Source: the human T2T-CHM13v2.0 reference genome, Homo sapiens | Length of the DNA stretch: 64,000 nt | Strand: one strand, 5' to 3' | Assembly: GCF_009914755.1 (NCBI RefSeq) | Contig: NC_060927.1 | Shown: one piece after another, positions 14,576 through 33,941 of the stretch | Numbering within the stretch: the first letter of the stretch is position 1 | Layout: every line of letters begins with the position of its first letter | Position numbers and translations under genes: made by a program | The notes under the pieces: model-generated | Databases searched by the model: none | What the model saw: the letters and a program-made list of their open reading frames with translations, nothing else | Told to the model about the DNA's origin: nothing

Positions 14576-15519
14576 TTCTAGTCCAGCATTTTTAATATGA
14601 TTATTTAAATATAGTATAATGGTGTGGCTAATTGAGTATATGTGTGTAATTTCCTGAAATATTTTTATATGCTAAAAATAGTTAAATGCCTCAAATATTG
14701 TATTTATCCATTGCATGGTAGACAGATATTAGAAATGTTTCTACTGTTTGGTTATTATAAATAATGTTCATATGAACATCTACATACAGATTTTTGTATG
14801 GCTATATGTTTCCATTTTTCTTAAGTATATATTTAGGAGTAGAATTGTTGGGCCAATAGTAATTCTATGTTTAATATTTAAGAAGCTGCCAAACAGTTGT
14901 CAAAAGTGGTTCTAGTATTTTACATCTTTGCTAACAGTGTATGAAAGCTCCAATCTCTCCACATCTTCACCAACACTTGCTATTGTATGACTTGTATAGT
15001 ATAGCCATCCTAATGAATATGAAGTAATATAATGATTTTGACTTGCATTTCCCTCATGACTGTTGATATTTGAGCATTTTATGTGCTTATTGGTCATTTG
15101 CATATCTTCTGTAGAGAAATTCCTTTTCAGATCCTTTGCCTATTATAAAAATTGGGTTGTGTTTTTATTGTTGATTTGTAAGATTTCTATTTATATCTGC
15201 ATACACATTTTTTGTTATGAAATGCATTGTTTCCCCAAATTTCTATTTTGAAGTCCTAATCCCAAGCACATCTCTGAATGTGAATTATTTAGAGATGGAG
15301 ACAGGGCCTTTAAATAGGTAATTAAGATCAATCAGGTCATCTAGATAGACCCTAGTCTAATATGACTGTTGTTCATAGTAGAAGAGAGACAGATACGAGA
15401 GATGCCTTGCACAGAAGAAACGGCATGTGAGGACACAAGAGAGAAGCAGACATCTGCGAGCCAAAGAGAAAGGGCTCAGGAAAAAAGCAACAACCTTATT
15501 GGAATATTTAAGAAAATAA

Positions 15520-17232
<1,713 letters not shown>

Positions 17233-18363
17233 GTTGATCTTGAGCTTCCAGCCTCCAGAAATGAGAGAATTAAATTGCTGTTAGTTAAGCCAAATTATAT
17301 CTGATAAGGTATGTACAAATTGTTTTTCTTATTTTATGGGTTATGTTTTCATTTTTTTCATGTATTATTTGAAGCACAAATGTTGTAAATTTTGAAATAG
17401 TCTATTTTTTGGTGACTTGTACTTTTATTGGCATATCTAAGAAGCCATTGCTTTCCTGAAGGTTTTGAAGATTTACTTCTATGTATGTATCTAAGAGTTT
17501 TATAGTTTTAGCTCTTACATTTATGTCTGTGATCTATAATCAGTTTTTATTTATTATGTGAAATGGAAGACCAACTGTGTTCTCTAACATGCGGATATTG
17601 TTCCAGCAGAAATTGTTGATAAGATTATTTTCCCTCATTTAATTATCTTGACTCTGTCATCAAAATTAATTGACCATAAATATATGGGATTATTTCTGAA
17701 CTCTCAATTCCATTCCATTAATCTATATATCTATCTTCATGCCAGTACTACATAGTTGTGAATATTGTAGCTTTGTAGTTTTGTTGCTGTTGTTACTGTT
17801 TTCATTCTTAATTGTTTTAAAAAAATTTTGTGGTTATATAGTGGGCATATATATTTATGGGGTTTGAAATTTGGAACTGTCAGTCCTACAGCCTTGTTCT
17901 CTCTTGTTAAGATTATTCGGCCTCTTCTGGGTGTATTGAAGTTCCATATGAATTTCAGCATCAGCTTGCCAACTTCTGCAAAAAACGGGCAGCTTGGATA
18001 GTGATAGGAATTACTTTGAATCTGTTTATTAATTTGAAGAGTATTGCCATTCTAACAATGTGGAGACTTGTGATCAATAAACATGGGATGTTTTTCCATT
18101 CATTTTTACCTTTAGAATTTCTTTCAATGATTTTTTTTAGTTTTCAGTATACTATTCATTAAAAATGTATTTTTATGTATTTTATTTTTTGATGCTATGT
18201 TAAATGAATTTTTTTAAATTTCATTTTAAGAAAGTTGATTTTTTAGTGATATTAGAAATATAATCAATTTTTTATATATTTGATCTTGTATTCTGCTACC
18301 TTGCTGAATTCATTTATTTATTAGTTCTAATAGTTCTTTAGTGGATTCCTATGGATTTTTTTA

Positions 18364-21051
<2,688 letters not shown>

Positions 21052-22009
21052 ACATCCTTGTCTTGCTCTTGATCTTGGAGAAAAGCATTCGGTTTATCAT
21101 TATGTATGATAATAGCTTGTTTTATTCATAGGTGATATTAGCCATTTTATTCATAGATGCCCTTTATCAATTTGAGGAAGTTTCCTTCTATTCCTGGTAT
21201 TTTGAGCGTTTTTATCATGAAAGGATGCTGGATTTTGTCAAATGCATTTTCTGTGTCTATTAATATGATTATATAATTTTGCTTTATAAAATATTTTAAT
21301 ATGATATATATATTCATTTTTTGAATTGATTTAATGTTTAAAGCATGTGTTTAATGAGTCTCTTATCATGATAGCTTAAGAGGTCATGAAAAGATCTAAC
21401 TCTACTGTGACATCTCTGATGTTACTAATGGATTGTGATTTGTGTTTCCAAAATTAATGCTAAAATTGGTTCTGTAAACTCATACCTTTGATACAAATGA
21501 ATAATTTAATCTGTGAATATTTTTACCCACATTTTAAAAATACCACAATTGGCATTTTCAAAGATAGATGAGATGCTTTTAAAAACCTTTTCTTTCAAGT
21601 TTTCAATGTCAGTCTATGTCCACACTTATTAGATTAATATATTTTTTTCTAACAATATATTAAACAATATTTATATTAAACAATAATTATTGTTTCTCTA
21701 TTTCTTACAAACCCATGCCAAGTGTCAAGGTTACAATGTAAACAAAACCAGCATGATTTCTGATTTCATGAAGTTTACACTAAAGCCTGTCAACAAACAT
21801 TAAACAAATGGCACAAAAATAAATTTCTAAGTACTGATTGTGATAAATGCTATAAATAAAAAATAAGATATAAAACAGAATTAAATCTTAAGAAATATAG
21901 GAGAGGAAGTGAAAATTGCATATCATTCAAAATTACCCTACAAAATCTCTTAAGTGGCCTATAAAATATGATATACATGACTTCTGTATATAATGCTTTA
22001 CAGAAATAT

Positions 22010-24171
22010 TTTATTATTATACTTTAAGTTCTAGGGTACATGTGCACAATGTGCAAGTTTGTTACATAGGTATACATGTGCCATGTTGGTTTGCTGCGAC
22101 CATCAATTCGTCATTGACGTTAAGTATTTCTCCTTATGCTATCCCTTCCCCAGCCCACCACCTCCCGACAGGCCCCGGTGTGTGATGTTCCTTGCCCTGT
22201 GTCTATGTGTTCCTGTTGTTCAACTCCTACCTATGAGTGAGAACATGCAGTGTTTTGTTTTCTGTCCTTGTGACAGTTTGCTTAGAATGATGGTTTCCAG
22301 CTTCATCTATGTCTCTGCAAAGGACACAAACTCACCCTTTTTTATGCCTGTATGGTATTCCATGGTGTATATGTGCCACATTTTCTTATTCCAGTCTATC
22401 ATTGATGGACATTTGGGTTGGTTCCAAGTCTTTGCTCTTGTGAATAGTGCACAATAAACATATGTGTGCATGCGTCTTTATAGTAGCATGATTTGTAATC
22501 CTTTGGGTATATACCTAGTAATGGGATTGCTGGGTCAAATGATATTTCTAGTTCTAGATACTTGAATTGCCACACTGTCTTCCACAATGGTTGAACTACT
22601 TTACGCTCCCACCAACAGTGTAAAAGCATTCCTATTTCTCCACATCCTCTCCAGCATCTGTTGTTTCCTGACTTTTTAATGATCGCCATTCTAACTGACA
22701 TGAGATGGTATCTCATTGTGATTTTGATTTGCATTTCTCTAATGACTAGTGATGATGAACATTTTTTCATGTGTCTGTGGGCTGCATAAATGTCTTCTTT
22801 TGAGAAATGTCTGTTCATATTCTTTGCCCCACTTTTTGATGGGGTTGTTTTTTCTTGTAAATTTGTTTACATTCTTTGTAGATTCTAGGTATTAGCCCTT
22901 TGCCAGATGGGTAGATTGGAAAGATTTTCTCCCATTCTGTAGGTTGCCTGTTCACTCTGATGATAGTTTCTTTTGCTGTGCAGAAGCTCTTTAGTTTAAT
23001 TACATCCCATTTGTCAATTTTGGCTTTTGTTGCTTTTGGTGTTTTAGTCATGAAGTCTTTGCTGATGCCTATGTTCTGAATGGTACTGCCTAGGTTTTAT
23101 TCTAGGGTTTTTATGGTGTTAGGTCTTACATTTAAGTCTTTAATACATCTTGAGTTAATTTTTGTATAAGGTGTAAGGAAGGAATCCAGTTTCAGCTTTC
23201 TATATATGGCTAGCCAGTTTTCCCGGCACCATTTATTAAATAGGGAATCCTTTTCCCATTGCTTGTTTTTGTCAGGTTTGTCAAAGATCAGATGGCTGTA
23301 GATGTGTGGTGTTATTTCTGAGGTCTCTATTCTGTTCCATTGGCCTATATATCTGTTTTGGTCCCAGTACCATGCTGTTTTGTTTACTGTAGCCTTGTAG
23401 GATATTTTGAAGTCAGGTAGCATGATGCCTCTAGCTTTGTTCTTTTGCTTAGGATTGTCGTGGCTATGCGGGCTCTTTTTTGGTTCCATATGAACTTTAA
23501 AGTAGTTTTTTCTAATTCTGTGAAGAAAGTCAATGGTAGCTTCATGGGGATAGCATTGAGTCTATAAATTACCTGGAGTGGTATGGCCATTTTCACAATA
23601 TTGATTCTTCCTATTCATGAGCATGGAATGTTCTTCCATTTGTTTGTGTCCTCTTTTATTTTGTTGAGCAGTGGTTTGTAGTTCTCCTTGAGGAGGTCCT
23701 TCACATCCCTTGTAAGTTGTATTCCTAGGTATTTTATTATCTTTGTAGTAATTGTGAATGGGAGTTCACTCATGATTTGGGTCTCTGTTTGTCTATTGTT
23801 GTATAGGAATGCTTGTGATTTTTGCACATTGATTTTGTATCCTGAGACTTTGCTGAAGTTGCTTATCAGCTTAAGGAGATTTTGTGCTGAGACATTGGGG
23901 TTTTCTAAATATACTATCATGTCGTCTGCAAACAGAGACAATTTGACTTCCTCTTTTCCTAATTGAATACCCATTATTTCTTTCTCTTGCTTGATTGCCC
24001 TAGCCAGAACTTCCAACGCTATCTTGAATAGGAGTGGTGAGAGAGGGCATCCTTGTCTTGTGCCAGTTTTCAAAGGGAATGCATCCAGTTTTTGCCCATT
24101 CAGTCTGATACTGGCTGTGGGTTTGTCATAAATAGCTCTTACTATTTTGAGATATGTTCCATCAATACCTA
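22010..24171 (-). mobile_element. 5'-truncated L1PA (~2.1 kb, ORF2 RT C-terminus to 3' UTR), frameshifted
   Basis: ORFs 23615-24073 (QGCPLSP, FADD), 23097-23489, 22399-22818; TSD tacagaaat(a/c)tt at 21999-22010 and 24170-24181. Confidence 0.97.
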
Positions 24172-24449
24172 CAGAAATCTTATGACATGGACCCTAACTT
24201 AGACTAAAGAAAGGAATAGATGGAAATTTATATGTGACTGTCAGAACATTTTGAATAAATCTAAAATCTATACAGTAAAAAAGTAGGGTTGAAGAATTCT
24301 AAAATATTCCTGCTACCCTGAAGGACTTACGTTTTGAAAATTTAATACTAAGAGTAATTTGTATTAATATATTTATTAGTAAAATTAAACAAGATGTTAT
24401 ACTCATCTAATTTGCCTTAGATTTTAAATTGTCTAATTATCAATAAGAG

Positions 24450-24650
24450 AGGTTCAAATTCTTGCTGTGCCATTTTGGCAAGTAGTTCAGCAAGTAGTTA
24501 ATCCTTCTGTTTTTCCTTTTTTTCCTTTTAAAATGGGAATAATCAGAGTTTTCTTGTCATAGATTATTTGCTAGGGTTAAAATGAGATGAACCAAGTAAC
24601 TATTTAGCATAGCACTGGCTCATATTGGAACTCAAACCATGTTAGCTGCT
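24450..24650 (+). mobile_element. MIR
   Basis: ggttcaaattc...taaaatgggaataat...agggttaaaatgagat...tgttagct core. Confidence 0.7.
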
Positions 24651-25649
24651 TCTACTAGTAATTACTCTGGGGATCTTTTATGCTGTCAAAATTGGAATAT
24701 TTAGAAAAGGTAAAACCAAGTGGTTGCTTCCTACTTATTAACAAACCTGGGATTGGCCAAAATGTGATTAAAAGAATGACATGTATTTAGTAGATCTGCA
24801 TCCTTTTTGTCTCTCCTCTACTCTTAGATAGTGGCGATAAAAAGAAGAATATGTCTCCTAGGATTACTTCGTTGTTCTAAGGAAGCAACTATTTTTTTCT
24901 GTTTTTTGTTCTTTTTTTTGTTTAATGTAGCACATCGAAATATGAATTTCTGGTTGATGCCCAGTATTGCCTGGGACAGCTTGGCATAAAACATACACCT
25001 TTAGCACTATTTATGCTATCTTATTAACTGCTAATACTTAAAAATCTTTTCTTGTTTCAGTAGTAAGATGTCATGTTAACATTTCAGGAATTAATATAGA
25101 TTAGCTTGATTCTATTTTGTGAAGTCTCTATTGTGGTATTTAAGAAAATCTTTGCTCACTAATTTTCCTTAGGCATTTTGTTACAAAAGCATAATCAACT
25201 TGCAATAAAATAGAGACTACTGCCTGGAGGAGAATATTGGAGAACCCAATGAATTATTTCATCAAAATTTGCCATCTTAGATTACACTCACAATTTGAAA
25301 ACTGATGAAAATATGAGTTAAATCATAAATATAGAAGAAAAATTCTGCTTCATTTATGTAGGCATTTTATGTGTAAGTACATTTTAGCGTAAATTATCTA
25401 CAAGGCTTCCCTATTTCTGTATTAATCTATATTAGGCCTGAATTATTCTATAATTTTTAAAGAGATTAAGCTAACTTTGTTCTTGACTATGTGCTAGTGT
25501 CTTTTCTGCCTCTGTAGCAGCAGCTACTACTAACTGTCATGGAAATTTATAGTATAAAATAATTGTTTGATGATGACTATACAAGTGTTCACTTTCTTCT
25601 TGGATGATGAATTAGTAATTAGGCCCTTTCTATATTATCACTAATCTTT

Positions 25650-26070
25650 TGTCCCTGGTTGGGCTTCTCCCAAAGCCCATTTTAACATGGAGTTTAGCAT
25701 ATAGGATGTTTGCTAAGAACTGCCTTTAGGACCCAATACCTATGAAAGGGAGGAAAAGAAGAAGTGAGCCAAGGGAAAAGTCAAACTCCTCTACAGTCCC
25801 AATTATTGCCTCAGCCAACACCACAGGGACATCTGGAGCTAGAATGGCACTTGAGAGTTGTCCTCAGTTGGGCCAAGAAGGCCAGGTCTTTTTATTTCTT
25901 TGTAAGTCGGTCAATGGATGTGGGAGACCCAAGGCATCACCTCAGCCTAGGTGGTTCTCTGCTCTTGAGCCTAATCACTGAAGAGCCTAACAGCTGAAGG
26001 ATGTCTGATGACAGGACACCCAGAAGTTGAGGAAACAAGTCTTTCCTGAAGAGAAACCTAGAAGTGTAAA
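25650..26070 (-). mobile_element. LTR16-like ERVL LTR
   Basis: gtccctggttgggcttctccc...aggatgtttg...cctatgaaagggagg...tctggagctagaatggc pattern recalled from LTR16 consensus. Confidence 0.55.
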
Positions 26071-27387
26071 GATTTAAACAATCCTGCAAATTCTGTTTGG
26101 AAAATACAGTTACCTTTGTTTTACAGACAGCAAAACAGAGATTTGTCCAGATGCACAGATAATAATTACCTGGAATGTGATTCAAAACTAGGATTGTCTG
26201 AATCCAAAGCTCTGTTCTTTCCTCTGTACTTCTACACTTTCTCAGGTTGTTGTGTATTGACAGAATTTTCAGAAAGACATTAGTGTTTTTCAAGCTATGT
26301 ATATCCAAATATCTTCTCACTGATTTGACTATGACATATTTATGTAGTCCTTTCATTCTGTATTATAGTTTATAGTGCATTTTCTCAGATACAATATAAT
26401 CAGATAAGATTATTAGGTCCTTATAGCCATCTAGTAAACAAGGCAGGAGAAACATCATTGTCCTTAGTTATAGATTAGGGAACCAGCAAAAAGTGATTAG
26501 GTGTCTTGATACAGTCACAAGATAATAAGTGAAAAAACTTGAAATTGAGATTAAGTGTTTTAAATCTAGAATGTAAATAAATAAAAGTACCTACTAGAAA
26601 TGTGCTTGTGTATTGCAGGGTTTCAGCTTTTAAAGGATTTGAAATATTATTAGCTCACATCCTAGCACTTTATGATGTGCTACTTTAATTGAATAACAGT
26701 CTCTTACATTAGCATTTTTACCACCCAACTTTTTTTTCTTCATGAATATCATAATAGCCAGCCTTTGATATTTTCAGCTTCTGCTTCTAGTTAACAAAAA
26801 TGTATACAGAACTTGCACAGTGAAGTGAAAAAAACACCGATAACTCTATTGGGTAGGACTTACATTTGTTAGTAAAATGCTCTGCTTCTTGCTCATACGA
26901 TGCACTTAGCCGTGTCCAAGTGGAAGTATAAGAATGATAGCTGCCCCATATTATCAGATATAGCATTCACTGGATGCAAATTTTAATTTCTGTTAAATTA
27001 TTCTTTTTCTGTTTTGCTTTTTCCTTGTACACATTTTTCTTTTGTAATTTGCTTATTTGACATGTTGCCATGCTAATAGCTTCAGCACGTCTTCCATGAA
27101 TTTGTAGTTTGCAAGTATATATAAATTGTGGAAATACTAGAACTAGAAATGAGCAGAACAGCGTTGAATAATAAATATATTTATTTCTTTCCCTTGTTTT
27201 CTTTGGAATGTAATTTTAAAATATTGGTCTTACATTTTGTTTTCTTTGTAGTTGGAATATAGGTAATTAGTGTAATTTGAAACATCCATGTAAAGATACC
27301 TTGTATTTAAAATAAATCTAAAAAGGAAGGAGAGTTACATTCCTTTATAATCTTAAAAATAATAGTTTGCTTATCACTATTATTTTC

Positions 27388-27389
<2 letters not shown>

Positions 27390-27425
<36 letters not shown>

Positions 27426-27436
27426 TGAGAGAGAGA
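27390..27436. repeat. (TG)n(GA)n microsatellite
   Basis: About 17 TG units followed by GA units. Confidence 0.95.
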
Positions 27437-28338
27437 TATGCAGTGGCAGTAGTAGAATGTGTCTCTAATATAAAGCCCAAATTAAGTTACTATGTGGTAT
27501 CCCTTCATGTGTAGAATGTTATATTTTGTTTGCTAAAGATACTTGGCTTTTGAATTTGTATATTGGTACATTATCCGTAAAAATATTGAAATTCTGCAGT
27601 GTTTTCAGACTTGTGGAAATTTATCAATGGCAAATGAATAATTTGGTATTTCAAGTCTCTTAACTATTAAATCACACACAAATTAAAATTTCCACATACA
27701 GGTATCATTTGCCATGAACAAATTCACTATGAAGAGTTGATGCTTAGGAAATAATAAATAAAATATGAATTCCTTTTTCACAATATAAAAATTGAAGTCT
27801 AAAAACATATTTAAACAAGGCCTCCCTATATCCAATTAAACACTTCTGCACAAAATGTCATATGGGTGTTCAGTTCCACTAGTGGGTTATGCCCAGATGA
27901 AAATGGTCAAATGTAGCAAACAGGAAAAGAAGGCAAAACTGTTGACTACATTTTCTCATGAACTTTGAAGTACAATTTAAAGAATTTTAGAATATTCCTC
28001 TTTATGAAAATATGTGAACTAGATATAGCATTGAATATATATTGCATCATAGACATGGTAAAATGCTGCCAAAAAGTCAATACAGCAACTGCTATTTTTA
28101 AATAAGTATAATAAACTGTTTGAACATGCTGAGATTCCCATCTTTCCAGGAACCTGGCCACTAATTTTAATACCTTTATCATTATACATTTTTACTTGGT
28201 GGATTATTTTCCCCTAGAGAGAAAAGTGTCTTGGATTGTTTAATGGAAAATGATGAAAAAACTAGAATTTGCTTTATATAAACCTTTCACAAGCAACTTT
28301 CCAAAATTATATTTATCCATATTTTCAATTAAAAAAAA

Positions 28339-28425
28339 TGTGTGTGTGTGTTTGTGTGTGCACATGCATGTGTGTGTTGGTGGTGCCTGGTGTATGTGTA
28401 TGTGTATGTGTGTGTCTATCTGTGT
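28339..28425. repeat. Degenerate (TG)n tract
   Basis: TG-rich low complexity. Confidence 0.8.
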
Positions 28426-29283
28426 TTATGAAATCTATCCAGACTTTGAAATCTTCAGCTTGAGTGATATGAAATCATTTTTTAAAAATCACATTTAAAA
28501 GTATAATTTATAGAACCACAGAATTCTGTAAATCTTTTCTCATGTATATGTTCAATTATGGAACCTATTTGTTTTGTCTTAATTACACATTTACCCAATT
28601 AGTACCAGAAATTCTGAAAAGCCAAATTAGTAATATAAATTTTGTGTAGAAATCAATTGAAAAAGAAAACTGGGGAAACCTTTATTGTAAACCTGAAGCA
28701 GGTAGAAAACCAAAATAGGCAACATAATATGCAGTCAGATATAGAAACAGTACTGGGGATATATACGCAGGCTCCATATACTTTGGAGGTATACTGGATC
28801 TATTTTTCTTGTGGTTGTTAGAACGTAGCAGGAGCTTTTACTAAAAGGAACCATGCTATGTAAAACTAACAGAAAAGTAGACAATAAAACTTTTGTATAG
28901 AGTACTCAGATATGGCCTAAGATAATATAGGCAAGAATCTAGGGCACTATGTTCCATATCAATATGTTCGGATTTTACCAATTTCACTTTGTAATAGCAC
29001 AGTAAAAAGCTTTGTTGAACACTGACTTTTCTATAGTGACCAAATGCTTATAAAGCTGCTAAGAATTTGGGGGCAAGCCTTTCTAATAACTTGGTTTATA
29101 CAAATTTTTTTCATGGCATCATATTTAAGAAAGTGGCCTCATATATAACTTCAAAAAAACACACTGAAAAATGGACTGACTTTTTTTTTACTACATAGTA
29201 ATTATTTGATGGTAAATAGATGATATTTAAGTAGCATTAACATAGTTGACATTTCTTGAATTTCTCTACTAACTATAAAATTG

Positions 29284-31711
29284 TGATATTATTTGTATCT
29301 GTATTCCTACCCAAATTTCATGTTCACTTGCAATCCCAATGTTGGAGGTGGGGCCTCATGGGAGGTGATCAGATTATGGGGATGAATCCTGCACAAATGG
29401 TTTAGCATCATCCTTTTGATGCTGTTCTCATGATAATGATAGAGTTCTCATGAGATCTGGTTGTTTCAAAGTGTGTGGCACCTCCCCCCTCTCTTGGTCC
29501 TGCTCCTGCTGTGGAAGATGCCTGCTCCTGCTTTGCCTTCCATCATGAGTAAAAGCTCCCTGAGGCCTCCTCAGAAGCAGATGCTGCCATGCTTCCTGTA
29601 CAGCCTACAGAACTGTGAGCCAATTAAACCTCTTTTCTTTATAAATGATCCATTCTCATGTATTCCTTTATAACAGTGCAAGAATGGACTAACACAGAAA
29701 AATTGGTACTTAAGAGTGGGACATTGCTATAAAAATACCTGTAAATGTGGAAGCGACTTTTGAGCTGGGTAATGGACAGAGGGTGAAAGAGTTTGGAGGT
29801 CTCAGAAGACAAGAAGATACAGGAAAATTTGAAACTCCCTAGAGACTTGTTGATTGATTATGACCCAAATGCTGATAATGATATGAACAGAGATGGCCAG
29901 GCTGAGGAGTTCTCAGATGGAAATGAGGAACTTACTAAGAAGTGGAGCAAAGGTCACTTCTGTTACACATTGACAAAGAGCTTGGTTGGATAGTGCCTCT
30001 GCCCTAGGGATCTGTGGAACTTTGAACTCGAGAACAACCATTTAGGGCATTTGGTGGAAGAAATTTCTACCAGAAAAGCATTCAAGATGTAGCTTGGCTG
30101 CTTCTAACAGCCTATATATATGTAAGCAAAAAAAAAAAAAAAATGATCCAAAACTAGAATTTATATTTAAAAGGGAAGCAGAGCATAAACATTTAGAAAA
30201 CCTGCAGCCTGGCCATGTGGTAAAAAAGAAAAGCTCATTTTCCGGGCGGAGATTGGGAGGCAACTCAAGCAGGCTGCAGAAATTTCTATTACTAAAAGGA
30301 AAGGAAGTGCTGATACTCAAGAAAATGGGGAGAAGACCTCGAAGGTATTTCACAGAACTTCATGGCTACTCCCCCCATCACAGGCCTGGAGGCCTAAGCG
30401 GAAAGAATAATATCATGGACCAGACCTAGGGCCCTGCCACCCTGTGCAGCCTTAGGCCACTGCTCCCTGCATCCTGGCTGCTGTAGCTCCAGCCCAGGTA
30501 CAGCTTGGACTGTTTCAGAGGGTGCAAGCTGTAAGCCTTGTGGCTCCCACATGGTGTTAAGCCTGTGGTTCACAGAGTGCAAGAGTTGAAAATTAGGAGC
30601 CTCCACCTAGATTGCAGGGGACGTATGGAAAAGCCTGGATGTCCAGGCAGAAACTGGCTTCAGGGGCAGAGCCCTTATGGAGACCCTCTACTAGGCCAGT
30701 ACAGAAGGGAAATATGGGGTTGGAACCCCCACACATTGGGGCATTGCCTAGTGGAGCTGTAAGAAGAGGCACTCTGTCCTCCAGACCCCAGAATGGTAGA
30801 TCTACCAACAGCTGGCACCTTGCACCTGGAAAAGCCACAGGTACTCAACATCAGCCCTTAGGAGCAACTGTAGTGGCTGCACCCTGTAAAGCCACAGGGA
30901 TAGAGCCAAGGCCTTGGGAGTCCACCCCTTGCACCAGTATGCCCTGGATGTGAGACATAGAGTCAAAGGGGATTGTTTTGGAACTTTAAGACTTAATGAC
31001 TACCCTGCTGGGTTTGCACTTGCATGGGGCATGCAACCCTTAACTTGTGGCTGATTTTTCCCTCTTGGAACAGGATTATTTACCCAATGCCTATACCCCT
31101 GTTGTATCTTAGGAGTAACTAAATTGTTTTTTATTTTATGAGCTCATAGGTGGAAGGGACTAGGCTCGTCTCAGATGAGACTTTGGACTTTTGAGTTAAT
31201 GCTAGAATGAGTTAAGACTTTGGGGACTGTTAAGAAGGGATGATTGTATTTTGCAATGTGAGAAGGACATGAGATTTAGGAGGGGCCAGGTGCAGAATGG
31301 TATGGTTTGGAATTGTGTCCCCACCCAAACTTCATGTTGAATTATAATCTCCAATGTTGGAGGTGGAGCCTGGTGTGAGATTACTGGATCATGGGGGGTG
31401 GATCCTTCATGAATGCTTTAGCACCATCCATTTGTTGTTGTTCTTGTGATAGAGTTCTTATGAAATCTGCCTTTTTTAAGTTTGTGGCACCTCCCTCTCT
31501 TTCTCTCTTGGTCTTGCTCCTGCCATGTAAGATACCTGCTCCTGCTTTGCCTTCCACCATGAGTAAAAGCTCTCTGAGGCCTCCCCAGAAGCAGATGCTG
31601 CCCTACTTTGTGTACAGCCTGCAGAACCATGAGCCAATTAATCATCTTTTCTTTATAAATTACACAGTCTCAGTGTTTTTTTTAATAGCAGCGTGAGAAT
31701 GGACAAATACA
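29284..31711 (+). mobile_element. Full-length MSTA-type MaLR: LTR 29284-29696, internal region, LTR 31298-31711
   Basis: Paired LTRs (aatgttggaggtgg, gagtaaaagctc, gcagatgctgcc) around MST-int; TSD aattg at 29279-29283 and 31712-31716. Confidence 0.95.
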
Positions 31712-31774
31712 AATTGCTTATTGTTCTGAACCATATTTCATGAGTCTATTTATATAGATCTTGCTCCTAGATAC

Positions 31775-33175
31775 ACAATCTGACATTTTGGTCAATGAGG
31801 GACCACGTATATGAGAATAGTCCCATATAAGATTTTAATGGAGCTGAAAACTTCCTATAAGTGAGTAACACCTAGCTGTCATAACATCACAGTGCAACAA
31901 GTGCTAGTGGTGATGCTGGTGTAAACAAACTTACTGCATTGTTAGTCATACCAAAGTATATTACATACAATTATTTATAGTACGTAATACTTGATAATGA
32001 TAATAAACAACTATGTTCCTGGTTTATGTATTTAATATACTATACTTTTTATTTTTATTGTAGCGTATACTTCTTCTACTTATAAAAAATAAAAAACAAA
32101 GTTAATTGTAAAACATCCTCAGGCAGGTTCTTCAAGAGGTATTCCAAAAGAAGGCATTGTTTTCATAGGAGATAACAGGTCCATGCATGCTATTGCCCCT
32201 GAAGACATTCCAGTGAGACAAGATGCATGGGTGGAAGACAGTAATACTGATGATGCTGATCTCGTATAGGCCTAGGCTAATGTGTGTATTTGTGTCTTCA
32301 TTTTTAACAAAAAGTTTAAAGAGTAAATAAAGGCAATTAAAAATTTTAAAAATAGAAATAGGCTTATAGAATAAAGATATAAAGAAAAAAATTTTCATAC
32401 AGCTCTACAATATATTTATGTTTTAAGCTAAGTATTTTTACAAAAGAATCAAAAAAGTAAAGACATTAAAAAGTTTATAAACTAAAAATGTTATAAGCTA
32501 ATTTTTTATTGAATAAAGAAAAACATTTTAAATATATTTAGTGTAGCCCAAATGTACAGTATTTATATTATAAAGTATACAGTAATATCCTAGGCCTTTT
32601 TCTTCACTCACCGCTCACTCACTGACTCACCAGAACAACTTCCAGTCCCGCAAGACCCATTCATGTTATGTGTCCTATACAGGTGTACTGTTCTCTTCTT
32701 TTCCAGTGGTATTCAATCTTTTGGCTTCCCTGGTCCACATTGGAAGAAGAAGAATTGTCTTGGGTCACACACAAAATACAGTAACATTAATGATAGCTGA
32801 TAAGCTAAAAAAAACACAAAAAATCTCATAATGTTTTAAGAAAGTTTATGAATTTGTGTTGGGCCACGTTTAAAGTGGACCTGGGCCATGTGTGGCCCAT
32901 GGGCCATGGGTTGGACAAGCTTTTTTAATACTCTATTTTTACCCTACCTTTTCTATGTTTAGACACACAAATACTTGTCATTGTGTTACAATTGCCTATG
33001 TATTCAGTATAGTTTTAATAAAAGGCTGTAGAGGTTTGTAGCCTAGGAACAGTAGGTTATACCATGTAGTTTAGGTAGTTAGTAAGCTATACCAACTAGG
33101 AAAGTACGGTCTATGATGTTCGCATAAAGATGAAAGTACCTAATGAAGAGTTTCTCAGAACTTATCCTTGTTGAT
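31775..33175 (+). mobile_element. Tigger3b (MER7B)-like TcMar DNA transposon
   Basis: ttggtcaatgagggaccac...aatggagctgaaaa...gtggtgatgctggtgtaaacaaac...tttctcagaacttatcc. Confidence 0.85.
32704..32922 (+). mobile_element. MER30 (hAT-Charlie) nested in Tigger3b
   Basis: caatcttttggcttccctgg...cacattggaagaagaagaattgtcttggg...gggttggacaagct. Confidence 0.9.
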
Positions 33176-33199
33176 ATTTCCATAGTTATTACTCTTTGT

Positions 33200-33368
33200 T
33201 CTTTTGTTTTATTTTTTTCATAGACAAAGTTTTGCTATGTTGCCCAGGCTGAAGTACAGTAACTATTTACAAGCACGATCATAGTGCACTACAACCTTGA
33301 ACTCCTGGGCTCAAGCAATCCTCCTGAATCAACCTCTTAAGTAGAGACACACATTAGTGTGCCTGGCT
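33200..33368 (-). mobile_element. FAM (fossil Alu monomer, 7SL-derived)
   Basis: Reverse complement contains gtagtgcactatgatcgtgcttgtaaatagttactgtact, the 7SL/FAM-specific segment absent from dimeric Alus. Confidence 0.8.
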
Positions 33369-33632
33369 CCCCTTATGTTTTTGAAATGTAAACTTAAATA
33401 AGAAATAATAAATATTTAAGATCTCAAACTTTTATGCATGTATAGTATAGCTCTTTAACAGATAGGTAGTGTCTAATATATGTAAGTCATTACATATGCA
33501 CTCCACCCCACAGACATACATATCTTCATTCCATTATACTGCATTATAATGATACGTATTTCATATAGAAGTTTAATAGAAATACTAATGGTGTCAGCAC
33601 AGAGAAGGTGTGACAACTGTCTGTTTAGGTAA

Positions 33633-33941
<309 letters not shown>

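Noticed and set aside
29793-30953. ORFs in the MST internal region
   Set aside because: Decayed MaLR internal sequence with frameshifts
33200-33368. 7SL RNA gene
   Set aside because: Lacks the S domain and is diverged; fits FAM
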